Part shown: positions 9,780 through 18,537 of the stretch, piece by piece | How the letters are laid out: each line of letters opens with the position of its first letter | Position numbering within the stretch: position 1 is the first letter of the stretch | Assembly (NCBI GenBank): GCA_016840855.1 | Contig: JAEORO010000056.1 | Location: 74-64,073, forward strand | Length of the DNA stretch: 64,000 bases | Direction: 5' to 3' | From: Candidatus Thorarchaeota archaeon | GTDB lineage: Archaea; Asgardarchaeota; Thorarchaeia; Thorarchaeales; Thorarchaeaceae | Position numbers and translations under genes: made by a program | The notes under the pieces: model-generated | Database searches by the model: none | What the model saw: only the letters and a program-made list of their open reading frames with translations | What the model was told of the DNA's origin: nothing

Positions 9780-11129
9780 ATGGTGATTGTAATGAAAGAT
9801 GAACTAATTCCAAAGGACCTTGCAAAGAAATACACTCAGAAAGAAATACTTGAGATTGAAAAGAAATACTTAGCACCTGCTGTGGGTCATTATTATGAAC
9901 ATCCCGTCCTTTTTGTTGAAGGTAAAGGTGCTTTACTGAAGGACTCAACAGGCAAGGAATACATAGATCTATTCGCTGGCATTTGTACAACAATAACAGG
10001 TTACAATCATCCGAAATATGTAGCCACAATCCAATGGCAAGCAGAACGCTTGGTTTATACAAGCTCTCTGTACTCTACAATTCCTTATGCTGTGTTAGTC
10101 AAGCAACTAGCTGAAATCGCTCCCAGAGGACTTTCACATTCCTTTATTGTCAATAGTGGTTCTGAAGCGAACGAAGCCGCGCTCGCAATGGTACGCAAGT
10201 ATACAGAGAATCCATACATCATAGCATGCCAACGCGGGTACCACGGTAGGACAACTCTAGCAAGGGAGCTCTCAAGTGCAGGATGGCGTACCTTTCCAGA
10301 GGCGCATCCTCCTGGAGTACGATTTACACCGTATGGATACTGCTATCGGTGTCCTTTTGGCAAGGAGCATCCTGGTTGTGACTTGGAATGTGCACATTAT
10401 CTCAGGGAAGTCATACGAACACAGACCAACAAGGCAATTGCTGCATTCATAGCAGAACCAATCCAAGGAGTAGGTGGCATTATTCAGCCACCAGCAGAAT
10501 ACTTCAAGATCGTTCATGAAATCGTAAAGGAGTATGGTGGATTCTATATCTCGGACGAAGTACAGACTGGTTTTGGGCGAACTGGCAAAAAATGGTGGGG
10601 AATCCAACACACTGGTGTTGAACCTGATATCATCACAATGGCAAAGGGATTTGGTGGCGGAATCCCTATTGCTGGATTCATCTCTCGTCCTGAGATTGCT
10701 GTAAATTATACAGTCACTGATTCGTTCGCCACTTTTGGAGGAAATCCCCTGTCATGTGCGGCTGCCGTTGCTGTGATTGAAATCATTAGAGACGAAAACT
10801 ATCTAGAAAAAGCAGCCAAACTAGGTGGAATTCTAAAGAAGAAAATGGAGGAGCTTAAAGAAGATCATAAAATAGTTGGAGATGTTCGTGGTCAAGGAAT
10901 GATGTTGGGGGTTGAACTTGTTCGAGATCAGAAAACAAAAGAACCTGCTATCCAAGAAATGCTAATGATCATGGAGACCTGCAGAGAAAAAGGTCTCCTC
11001 ATTGGTAAAGGTGGTCTGGATGGTAATGTGATTCGACTTCAGCCTCCACTGGAATTAACTGAAATGCAGATTGATGAAGCGTGTACAATCCTTGATGATG
11101 CCTTCAAGAAAACCGAAAAAGGCCTCTAG
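9780..11129 (+). CDS. class III PLP aminotransferase (beta-alanine/omega-amino acid type by context)
   Basis: NSGSEANE, DEVQTGFGRTG and a TMAKG(F)GGG PLP-lysine region. The ORF-track frame begins at a TTG (9756); I used the first ATG, at 9780. Confidence 0.8.
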   Translation: MVIVMKDELIPKDLAKKYTQKEILEIEKKYLAPAVGHYYEHPVLFVEGKGALLKDSTGKEYIDLFAGICTTITGYNHPKYVATIQWQAERLVYTSSLYSTIPYAVLVKQLAEIAPRGLSHSFIVNSGSEANEAALAMVRKYTENPYIIACQRGYHGRTTLARELSSAGWRTFPEAHPPGVRFTPYGYCYRCPFGKEHPGCDLECAHYLREVIRTQTNKAIAAFIAEPIQGVGGIIQPPAEYFKIVHEIVKEYGGFYISDEVQTGFGRTGKKWWGIQHTGVEPDIITMAKGFGGGIPIAGFISRPEIAVNYTVTDSFATFGGNPLSCAAAVAVIEIIRDENYLEKAAKLGGILKKKMEELKEDHKIVGDVRGQGMMLGVELVRDQKTKEPAIQEMLMIMETCREKGLLIGKGGLDGNVIRLQPPLELTEMQIDEACTILDDAFKKTEKGL

Positions 11130-11137
11130 GACATCTG

Positions 11138-12073
11138 TCACTGTTTCGTTAGATCACCATAGCTATCAGGTCGCCGGTCTCTAAAGAACTGCCAAGTGTT
11201 TCGAACCTCTCTAATCATATCTAGGTCAACATCCGCAACAACAAGCTCTTCTTTGTCTCGAGAACCCTGAATGACTAATTGGCCACGTGGGTCTGCGATG
11301 TAGGAGCTTCCATAAAATGTTCCTGTCTTCCAAGGCTCCTCACCAACCCTGTTAATAGCTGCTATGAAGTATCCATTTGCCACTGCGTGCGCAGGTTGTT
11401 CAATGCTCCAGAGATGTTCCGAGAGACCTGCAACTGTTGCTGAAGGGTTAAAGACTATCTCCGCTCCATTAAGTCCGAGGGCACGAGCACCCTCTGGAAA
11501 ATGTCGATCATAGCAAATATAGACACCAATCTTTGCTACCGACGTGTTGAAAATAGGATATCCAAGATTGCCTGGCCGGAAATAGAATTTCTCCCAGAAT
11601 CCTGGGTCAAGCTGTGGAATGTGCATCTTTCTGAATTTCCCCAGGAGAGTGCCATCTGAGTCAATGACGATTGCCGTGTTGTAGTACACTCCCACTGATT
11701 CCTCTTCGTACATTGGGGCAATCAATATGAGCTTGTTGTCCTTTGCAAGTTTTTGCATCCGTTTGCTCAAGGGTCCTGGTATGGGCTCAGCATATTTGTA
11801 CCACTTTCTATTTTGTTCAGCACAAAAGTACGGACCAAAGAATAACTCCTGAAAACAAAGAATCTGCACCTCTTGCTGCTTTGCAATAGTGGCAAACCCT
11901 TCATGTTTTCGAATCATCTTCTCGATGTTTTTCTCAATGGCTGCTTCATCTGAAACATCGCCTTCCCATGTAGCTTGTACAAGACCAACTCGAACTTTTC
12001 TCAATGCTATCACTCCACTGACCTTAGAGAATGAACTCTTACTGTTGTATCTAATAGACGTTTCCCAAACCAA
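11138..12073 (-). CDS. beta-ureidopropionase / N-carbamoyl-beta-amino-acid amidohydrolase (nitrilase superfamily)
   Basis: Carbon-nitrogen hydrolase E-K-C triad context (FQELF, FRKMHIP, ICYDRHFPE). The specific call relies on its neighbours. Confidence 0.7.
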   Translation of the reverse strand: MVWETSIRYNSKSSFSKVSGVIALRKVRVGLVQATWEGDVSDEAAIEKNIEKMIRKHEGFATIAKQQEVQILCFQELFFGPYFCAEQNRKWYKYAEPIPGPLSKRMQKLAKDNKLILIAPMYEEESVGVYYNTAIVIDSDGTLLGKFRKMHIPQLDPGFWEKFYFRPGNLGYPIFNTSVAKIGVYICYDRHFPEGARALGLNGAEIVFNPSATVAGLSEHLWSIEQPAHAVANGYFIAAINRVGEEPWKTGTFYGSSYIADPRGQLVIQGSRDKEELVVADVDLDMIREVRNTWQFFRDRRPDSYGDLTKQ

Positions 12074-12112
12074 TTTATGGCAAGACTCTCACTATTCTGT
12101 GGAGAACTTCCG

Positions 12113-13504
12113 ATGGCAGAACTAGATCTAATTGTCAAGAATGGAACTGTTGTGACTGCAGTTGACACCTACAAGGCAGATGTTGGAGTTAGGGACGGAA
12201 AAATCGCAGCCTTGGGGCTTGATCTCGATTCAGAACCTGATACAAAAGTCGTCGATGCAATGGGCAAGTATGTCTTTCCTGGCGGTATCGATGTCCATGT
12301 TCATTTTCAACTGCCATTCTCTGGAACAGTTTCTGCTGATGATTTTGAAAATGGCACCAAAGCGGCAGCATGTGGAGGTGTAACTACAGTTCTTGACTTC
12401 GCTATCCAAAAGAAAGGACATTCAATAATGGAGGCTGTGGAAGCACGTAGAGCTGAGGCAGATTCGAATGTGTGCATAGATTATGGTCTACATGCAGCTA
12501 TTACTGATTGGAACTCTCAGACACAGGCCGAGATAAAGAGAATCATCGAATATGGAATACCTACTTTCAAGATGTTCATGATATACAAGAATGAAGGATG
12601 GATGGCAAACGATGGCATGCTCTTCAATGCACTAGAAGAAACTGCCAAGCTAGGCGGTCAAATTGGAGTGCACGCAGAGAGTGTAGACGTGCTAGACATG
12701 TTAATTGAAAGATACGCTCAGGAGAAAGAGAAATGGGGTGCTTATGGGCATACTCTATCCAGACCATGTTATGTTGAGGAAGAGGCAATCATTAGGGCGA
12801 TTAAATGGGCTGAAGCTACCGGAGGAAAACTATACATCGTTCACATGTCAACTGGTGAAGGTGCAGAGGCTGTTCATGCTGCTAAGAATAGAGGTGTGAA
12901 CGTTTATGCTGAAACCTGCCCCCAGTACTTGCTTTTAGATGACGAGGTATTCAAACAAAAAGACGGGCACCTCTATGCTACTTGTCCCCAGATTAAGAAA
13001 CCACATGATAGTGAACGATTGTGGGAAGGGCTTGCAAATGGAGATGTACAGATTGTTGCTACTGATACATGCACGTTTGACACAAAACAAAAAGCTGCAT
13101 GGAATGGTGACTTCAGAAAGATTCCCTTTGGTATGCCTGGTGTTGAAACCATGGTACCATTGATGCATACAGAGGGAGTCGGTAAACGAGGTTTCAGTGT
13201 GAACCATTTAGTGTCTCTCGTCAGTACTAATCCCGCCAAACTCTTTGGACTCTTCCCTGAAAAAGGGACAATAGTAATTGGTAGTGATGCTGATCTGGTC
13301 ATCTTCGACCCGAAAAAAGAGGTAACGCTTAAAGCTGAAAATCTTCAAACAAATTGTGATTGGAATCCGTTTGAGGGTTGGCAGCTTGCAGGATACCCGA
13401 CTACAACAATCTCGCGAGGTAAGATAGTTGCTGAGAGTGGTACCTTTGTGGGTGAAGTAGGTCACGGAAGATTTCTCAAAAGAAAGCCCTTTGGAAAGCT
13501 TTGA
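12113..13504 (+). CDS. dihydropyrimidinase / D-hydantoinase
   Basis: Cyclic amidohydrolase motifs GGIDVHVHF, the TFKMFM region with the carboxylated Lys, and IVHMS. Start taken at MAELDLIVKNG. Confidence 0.85.
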   Translation: MAELDLIVKNGTVVTAVDTYKADVGVRDGKIAALGLDLDSEPDTKVVDAMGKYVFPGGIDVHVHFQLPFSGTVSADDFENGTKAAACGGVTTVLDFAIQKKGHSIMEAVEARRAEADSNVCIDYGLHAAITDWNSQTQAEIKRIIEYGIPTFKMFMIYKNEGWMANDGMLFNALEETAKLGGQIGVHAESVDVLDMLIERYAQEKEKWGAYGHTLSRPCYVEEEAIIRAIKWAEATGGKLYIVHMSTGEGAEAVHAAKNRGVNVYAETCPQYLLLDDEVFKQKDGHLYATCPQIKKPHDSERLWEGLANGDVQIVATDTCTFDTKQKAAWNGDFRKIPFGMPGVETMVPLMHTEGVGKRGFSVNHLVSLVSTNPAKLFGLFPEKGTIVIGSDADLVIFDPKKEVTLKAENLQTNCDWNPFEGWQLAGYPTTTISRGKIVAESGTFVGEVGHGRFLKRKPFGKL

Positions 13505-13550
13505 AAAACATCTCGTCAACCTCATAAGTCATAACCAGTAACTAAATTCT

Positions 13551-14393
13551 ATGCGATTTCCAAACAACCGTGCGTATCATGTAATCTATGACGACTCGCT
13601 AATGGATGCAGTCAAGTATGCAGCAGAGAATGATTGGACCAGCATAGTACCAGACATTGGTGTTCCCGCGTTCTCACCTGAGCGAATCTTGACTGATGAA
13701 CGCACCCGTTTACGAGAACTGTCACGAAACCTATCTGTCGGCTGGGGTTTTCATGCAGCTGGTGATAATGTTAGCCTATTTTCGACATATCCTCCGATTA
13801 AGGCCGGAATTATTCAGTATTTCAAGCAAACAATCAATTTGGCTCGAGAGATAAGCACCGGACCAACAAATGTGGTGATTCATGCTGGAGTTCCTCCTGG
13901 GTTCAAGAAAGCCAGGGGTCAACCTGGAAATTTCAATGAGATTAACCATGATTTTTATGCTCAAACACTTCGAGAGAACATCACTGCACTGATTGAGCAT
14001 GCATTTCCCCATGTCAAAATTGCCATTGAAAACACTGGATGGACACCACTAATCAGGGATGTTGTAAGATCGCTCCTCCCTAAAGGACTTAGACTTTGTT
14101 TTGATATACCAAAGCTCTATGGTCCAGGATTCAAAATCATAGAGGAAGACTGGAACTTTATCAAAGAACACAAAGGATTCATTGAGGTTGTTCACATACA
14201 TGATATTGACCCAACTCTTGGCTCACATCAGGTAGTTGGAGAAGGGATTTTAGACTTCGAACGATATCTCCGTTTCTTGAGTGAACTTCCTACGAAACCT
14301 CAGTATGTTTTCGAAGTCCGACCCCGTGAAGATGCACATGAAAGTCTCTTGAAACTTGGTCGGCTTCTGGATATCTTGAATCTGACTCTCTAA
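13551..14393 (+). CDS. xylose isomerase-like TIM-barrel protein (sugar phosphate isomerase/epimerase family)
   Basis: VVIHAG, IAIEN and VHIHD are spaced as in AP-endonuclease-2/xylose-isomerase-like barrels (by eye). Confidence 0.5.
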   Translation: MRFPNNRAYHVIYDDSLMDAVKYAAENDWTSIVPDIGVPAFSPERILTDERTRLRELSRNLSVGWGFHAAGDNVSLFSTYPPIKAGIIQYFKQTINLAREISTGPTNVVIHAGVPPGFKKARGQPGNFNEINHDFYAQTLRENITALIEHAFPHVKIAIENTGWTPLIRDVVRSLLPKGLRLCFDIPKLYGPGFKIIEEDWNFIKEHKGFIEVVHIHDIDPTLGSHQVVGEGILDFERYLRFLSELPTKPQYVFEVRPREDAHESLLKLGRLLDILNLTL

Positions 14394-14399
14394 GTCTTT

Positions 14400-14492
14400 C
14401 TACAGTTGCATAGAAACTAGAATGTAGAAAAAGAGTGCAATAATGAACAAGATCACTCCAATTACTAACAAAATAGCAGTTCTCATTTCCAT
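14400..14492 (-). CDS. 30-aa single-TM micro-protein (not in the ORF track)
   Basis: My own translation is MEMRTAILLVIGVILFIIALFFYILVSMQL. The ATG lies 2 nt after the stop of the upstream PH-domain gene. It resembles the 32-aa ORF at 16990..17088. Confidence 0.35.
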   Translation of the reverse strand: MEMRTAILLVIGVILFIIALFFYILVSMQL

Positions 14493-14494
14493 GA

Positions 14495-15271
14495 TCATTC
14501 TCTCTCCTGTTGTTGAAGAATTAGTGCATCTCTAATTTCACGAAATGCTTCAAGTGTGTCACGATTCAATATTCTAATCTTTTTACTTGTCTTTCCAATT
14601 CCTGCAATTGGAAGTGGAGCTCGTCCAAATCCTCGAAGTTCACGGAGTATGAAGTCTCTTAGCTCTTCGTGAAACCGTACTCCTTCAATGTTCTCCTGGG
14701 CAGTACCTCCCCTTGTGAGCTTCTGAAGGATTATCGCAATTACTCCTCCACCTTGTACAGCAGAAGGCTTAGCGGCTGTTTCAATCTGAACGGTACCAAT
14801 CCCAAAGAGCCTATCAAAGATGCCTCTTCTCGTTCTCAAGTTTGTCACTGTTCGAAAGGGTACATGCCTTTGTGTGATGTTGATGATGCCCTTCCTCACG
14901 AATATCTCTGGACTGACTTCACCCTCCCAGCTAGCTAATGAATAATAGATGCGCCTAACATAGATGTAAGTATACACAATCCAGATTGCAAAAAGAGCGC
15001 CTGCTGCTAGCCAATAATATTGGGTTACTGTGCTCCACCCAAGTATAATGAAGACCTCTGTAAATTCAGCTAATGTCAGAATTACCTCTGTAATAATAGG
15101 ATTGCTGAAAAAGAGCACCCATATGGCGACCCAACTCAGGAACAGGATGATTAATACTCTCAACCATTTCTTGTAGAGAAAGGCATTGTCTGGATGGAAC
15201 ATTCTTCCACTGATTATCTGTTCCAGAGGAGGTTTGATGACCCGCCCCTCATTTTGAGTCATATGTCGCAT
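14495..15271 (-). CDS. bPH_2 (YdbS/YdbT-like) PH-domain membrane protein, paralog 1
   Basis: N-terminal VIKPPLEQ..GRMFHP, two TM helices, then GIINITQRHVPFRTVTNLRTRRGIFDRLFGIGTVQIETA, which matches the bacterial PH-domain consensus by eye. Confidence 0.7.
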   Translation of the reverse strand: MRHMTQNEGRVIKPPLEQIISGRMFHPDNAFLYKKWLRVLIILFLSWVAIWVLFFSNPIITEVILTLAEFTEVFIILGWSTVTQYYWLAAGALFAIWIVYTYIYVRRIYYSLASWEGEVSPEIFVRKGIINITQRHVPFRTVTNLRTRRGIFDRLFGIGTVQIETAAKPSAVQGGGVIAIILQKLTRGGTAQENIEGVRFHEELRDFILRELRGFGRAPLPIAGIGKTSKKIRILNRDTLEAFREIRDALILQQQERE

Positions 15272-15274
15272 TCC

Positions 15275-16003
15275 TCATTCTCTATCCTTTCTTAATAAAT
15301 CACGGATTTCGCGAAGGACCAATAGAATCTCTTCCTCAATACTGCCAGGCTCGAATAAAATAGCCTCCTCTTCTTCTGGCTGGACCACTTCTGTACCAGT
15401 AACATATGGGTCTTTGAACTTTCTAAGTTCTAGGAGGATGAAATCTCTCAATTCTTCATAGAATGTCAGACCTTCCAGCTTCTCTTCGGCAGACTGAAAT
15501 GAACCTGCGGACCCACTGGCTGTTTCAACCTCGATTGATCCAATTCCAAACAGACGGTCGAAGGGTCCTGCAACGCTTTGGATGTTCGTTATCGTGCGAA
15601 AAGGAACATGTTTCCTTGTAATGTTGATAATACCTTTTTTCACATAAATTTCTGGCATCGTCTTGCCAGTTTTAGCAATCACTGAATATTCGAAAGACCG
15701 AATGTATATTGGATAAATTATCAGGTAGGGTATCAAAATGGAACCTGTGATAATCCAATACCAGAAATTGAATGGGAACCATATGAGGTCAAAGGTGGAT
15801 GCAATGCCACCTGGATTTTCAGTTATTATACCAACAAGCCAAAAGACCAGTAACATTGAACCAATAATTGTTATCCATAGCATTACTACGCCAAAGACAC
15901 CAATGAACCAGTTCTTGTTGCGGAAATACTTTGATGGCTTGAAGACCTTTCCTCGAGCAATCTCTTCCATTGGCGGTTTGATTACTTTACCTCTACCTGA
16001 CAT
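15275..16003 (-). CDS. bPH_2 PH-domain membrane protein, paralog 2
   Basis: GIINITRKHVPFRTITNIQSVAGPFDRLFGIGSIEVETA. Start moved to the internal ATG at 16003, which is preceded by GAAGGAGAG. The longer ORF would overlap paralog 3. Confidence 0.7.
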   Translation of the reverse strand: MSGRGKVIKPPMEEIARGKVFKPSKYFRNKNWFIGVFGVVMLWITIIGSMLLVFWLVGIITENPGGIASTFDLIWFPFNFWYWIITGSILIPYLIIYPIYIRSFEYSVIAKTGKTMPEIYVKKGIINITRKHVPFRTITNIQSVAGPFDRLFGIGSIEVETASGSAGSFQSAEEKLEGLTFYEELRDFILLELRKFKDPYVTGTEVVQPEEEEAILFEPGSIEEEILLVLREIRDLLRKDRE

Positions 16004-16010
16004 GTTCACT

Positions 16011-16775
16011 TTATCTCTCCTTCTCGAGTCTCCTGTCAATTTTTTCTAGTACATTCCTAATCTCACGAAGTGTTATGAGTATCTCGTCATCTAGGCTGTC
16101 ACTCAAACGAGGAACTGGTTCATCTCTTGGATGTATATATTCAGTTCCTGTGACATAAGGGTCTCTGAACCGTCTAAGTTCATGAAGAATGAAGTCACGC
16201 ACCTCCTCGTAGAAAGTTATGCCCTCGAGCTTTTCCTCAGGACTTCTACCACCTTGAGCACCCCCAGAGTACCCAGCTGTTTCAATTTCAACAGTGCCAA
16301 TTCCGAAGAGTCGGTCTATTGGACCAGTTCTGCTCGCAATATTGGTGATAGTTCTAAATGGGACATGCTTCTTAGTCACATTAACCAATCCCTTCTTGAC
16401 ATAGATCTCTGGCATTGTGGTTCCAGTTTTCGATATCACGCTATACTCAAAGTTGCCAATGTAAAAGGGAATTGCAACCAGTATTGGGAGGAACCAAAAA
16501 GCTGACAATACCAGATACCAGAAGTTGACAGCAGGTAACCAGTCATAGAAGATAATCCAGAAGAGAGGTGTCCAGTTTGGAGTCCCGGAATCAGTCGCAC
16601 CAATCAAAGCTCCTATTGCAAGACAACCTAGTGTACATAACCATAGCAAAAACCAAACAAAGATTGCTCCAAACCACTCCTTGTAATAGAATCTACGATC
16701 TGGTTTGAATACTCGACCAGCTGTCACATCTTCCATTGGCGGTTTAATCACTACACTTCGGTTGTCATGATCCAA
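16011..16775 (-). CDS. bPH_2 PH-domain membrane protein, paralog 3
   Basis: GLVNVTKKHVPFRTITNIASRTGPIDRLFGIGTVEIETAG, with the shared C-terminal EEKLEGITFYEEVRDFILHELRRFRDPYVTGTE. Confidence 0.7.
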   Translation of the reverse strand: MDHDNRSVVIKPPMEDVTAGRVFKPDRRFYYKEWFGAIFVWFLLWLCTLGCLAIGALIGATDSGTPNWTPLFWIIFYDWLPAVNFWYLVLSAFWFLPILVAIPFYIGNFEYSVISKTGTTMPEIYVKKGLVNVTKKHVPFRTITNIASRTGPIDRLFGIGTVEIETAGYSGGAQGGRSPEEKLEGITFYEEVRDFILHELRRFRDPYVTGTEYIHPRDEPVPRLSDSLDDEILITLREIRNVLEKIDRRLEKER

Positions 16776-16988
16776 TTACATCATCTCCCATTTCTTGCGA
16801 TATTCATCGCTGATTGCTAACCCACCTAACACAAAGACCAGTCCTAACCCATCAAGAAGACCACCCAGAAAATAAAGAATCTCCGGTCCTCCAAGAGTGC
16901 CAGTTAGCATCCCTACAACTTCAATAAGCATAATGAATCCGCCAACTGACATAAGCACCGTACCAATTTCTTTTCTTTTCATTGACAT
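16776..16988 (-). CDS. 70-aa Gly-rich two-TM protein
   Basis: Abuts paralog 3, with its stop directly adjacent to the next start. Hydrophobic and Gly-rich. Confidence 0.5.
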   Translation of the reverse strand: MSMKRKEIGTVLMSVGGFIMLIEVVGMLTGTLGGPEILYFLGGLLDGLGLVFVLGGLAISDEYRKKWEMM

Positions 16989-16989
16989 T

Positions 16990-17088
16990 TCATATCAACC
17001 CCATAGACATTATTAGTAGTAGGAAGAAGAGAATGAGGGTTATGACAAAGATGACTACTTTAATCGCAAGTCGCGCTGCACTCACCAT
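16990..17088 (-). CDS. 32-aa single-TM micro-protein (not in the ORF track)
   Basis: My own translation is MVSAARLAIKVVIFVITLILFFLLLIMSMGLI. GGAGG lies just upstream, and the stop is 1 nt before the next start. Confidence 0.35.
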   Translation of the reverse strand: MVSAARLAIKVVIFVITLILFFLLLIMSMGLI

Positions 17089-17152
17089 AGTTGCTGCCTC
17101 CTTAGCTTTCCATATCTCATGTCTTCACACTTCATTCTCTTTGTTACTTCCT

Positions 17153-17884
17153 CTATAGCTTTGTCTTGAGAATCTCCCTAATATCTCGAAGTGCCAGCAA
17201 AATCTCGTCGTCGAGAGTACTATCACTTCTCTGAGCTGGTTCATCTCGAGGTGCAACCACTTCAGTTCCTAATGCATATGGGTCTCTGAACTTTCTCAGT
17301 TCACGTAGGACAAACCGTGTAAGCTCCTGATAGGCTTTTATGCCCTCAATTTTTTCTTCCGCGTTCCCGGGCTGTACGCCGCCAGAATAACCTGCAGTTT
17401 GAATCTCTACAGTTCCAATCCTAAAGAGTCTGTCAAATACACCAGCTCTACTTGCAATGTTGGTGACAGTTCTAAAAGGAACATGTTTTCGAGTGATGTT
17501 TATGATTCCTTTACGAACGTAAATCTCTGGAGATGCTTCACCTGACTCTGAAATTACAGCGTACTCAATGGACCTAACATATACTAGTATTCCTGCCAAC
17601 GCTGGAACTAGCCATACTATATGGACAATCCAAATCCATATGCTTATTGTTGGCAACCACTCAAGAATCCATAATCTCTCGTAGGCTGTCCAGCTTTCAA
17701 AGTATCCTATCAGCCAAGCAGTACTCCAGAGCGCAAGGATAGCAAGCGCCCATGTCACTGCTGCAAAACCGATGGACATGAACCACCATTTGTTCCTTAG
17801 TGCGCTCTCTGGCTTGAATGTTCTCCCAAAGGACACGTCCTGAGGGGATTCCAAAACTCCTTGTAATCCGTTTGCTACAGTCAA
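17153..17884 (-). CDS. bPH_2 PH-domain membrane protein, paralog 4
   Basis: GIINITRKHVPFRTVTNIASRAGVFDRLFRIGTVEIQTAG, with the shared C-terminal EEKIEGIKAYQEL..LRKFRDPYALGTE. Confidence 0.7.
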   Translation of the reverse strand: MTVANGLQGVLESPQDVSFGRTFKPESALRNKWWFMSIGFAAVTWALAILALWSTAWLIGYFESWTAYERLWILEWLPTISIWIWIVHIVWLVPALAGILVYVRSIEYAVISESGEASPEIYVRKGIINITRKHVPFRTVTNIASRAGVFDRLFRIGTVEIQTAGYSGGVQPGNAEEKIEGIKAYQELTRFVLRELRKFRDPYALGTEVVAPRDEPAQRSDSTLDDEILLALRDIREILKTKL

Positions 17885-17890
17885 TTATTA

Positions 17891-18391
17891 TCACGACTCC
17901 TTTCTTTTGTAACGCGGGATCTCCTTTGCTGCAAGTTTGTTGAAAATCGCAATTGATTGCTGAGTCATTGGAAGTTGTTCCTCATCAGGGCGGAGAGTAA
18001 TATTGTACTCATCCATGATTGTATCAAGTGTCTCCCTGCACTCAGCTTCCTTTGGACATTCAGGACAGAGTTTTCCCGCGTAGGAGTCATGTTTGTACCA
18101 TACTATGACACCAAGCTTCATTGTGAATACAATATACACTTGGGCATTTGCTTGATAGTCGAAACCGATGAGTATTCCCTTGTAGTCAAGCAAACTCTCT
18201 ACATCGAGCCGATGACTACTTGCCTGCTCATTCAACACTTTGGCGATCTTCTTGCGTGCTCTGTTGAGCACTCGCGACACATAGGCGGGGCTCCACTCCT
18301 CATCCACACCTTGTTCCGCAATCTCTGTGGTACTCAGTCCTTTTTGGAACTGTTCCCAGACCATTGCTTCGTGTGTTGAGAGTTGGGGCAT
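17891..18391 (-). CDS. Tfx-like / sigma-70 region-4-like HTH DNA-binding protein with a Cys-containing C-terminal domain
   Basis: LSTHEAMVWEQFQKGLSTTEIAEQG...YVSRVLNRARKKIAKVL resembles Tfx/LuxR-type HTH. Start taken at MPQLST, because the longer ORF would run through the divergent promoter. Confidence 0.5.
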   Translation of the reverse strand: MPQLSTHEAMVWEQFQKGLSTTEIAEQGVDEEWSPAYVSRVLNRARKKIAKVLNEQASSHRLDVESLLDYKGILIGFDYQANAQVYIVFTMKLGVIVWYKHDSYAGKLCPECPKEAECRETLDTIMDEYNITLRPDEEQLPMTQQSIAIFNKLAAKEIPRYKRKES

Positions 18392-18464
18392 TCTTGATTC
18401 ACCGCGTTGTTGGTCATACCACAATATGAACTTTTTGTGGTAATTCCTTGTTACATTCTTGGGA

Positions 18465-18523
18465 AAATTTATATATAAATTTGTTGAATGTTTACCTAGA
18501 TTTGGTAAACAATTATTGTTTAC
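18465..18523. promoter_or_regulatory. divergent promoter/operator: 18-bp AT palindrome plus three GTTTAC/GTAAAC half-sites
   Basis: AAATTTATATATAAATTT at 18465-18482. GTTTAC at 18490-18495, GTAAAC at 18505-18510 and GTTTAC at 18518-18523 form overlapping inverted repeats just upstream of the ABC ATPase start. Confidence 0.4.
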
Positions 18524-18537
18524 ATCAGGTGGAAAAG

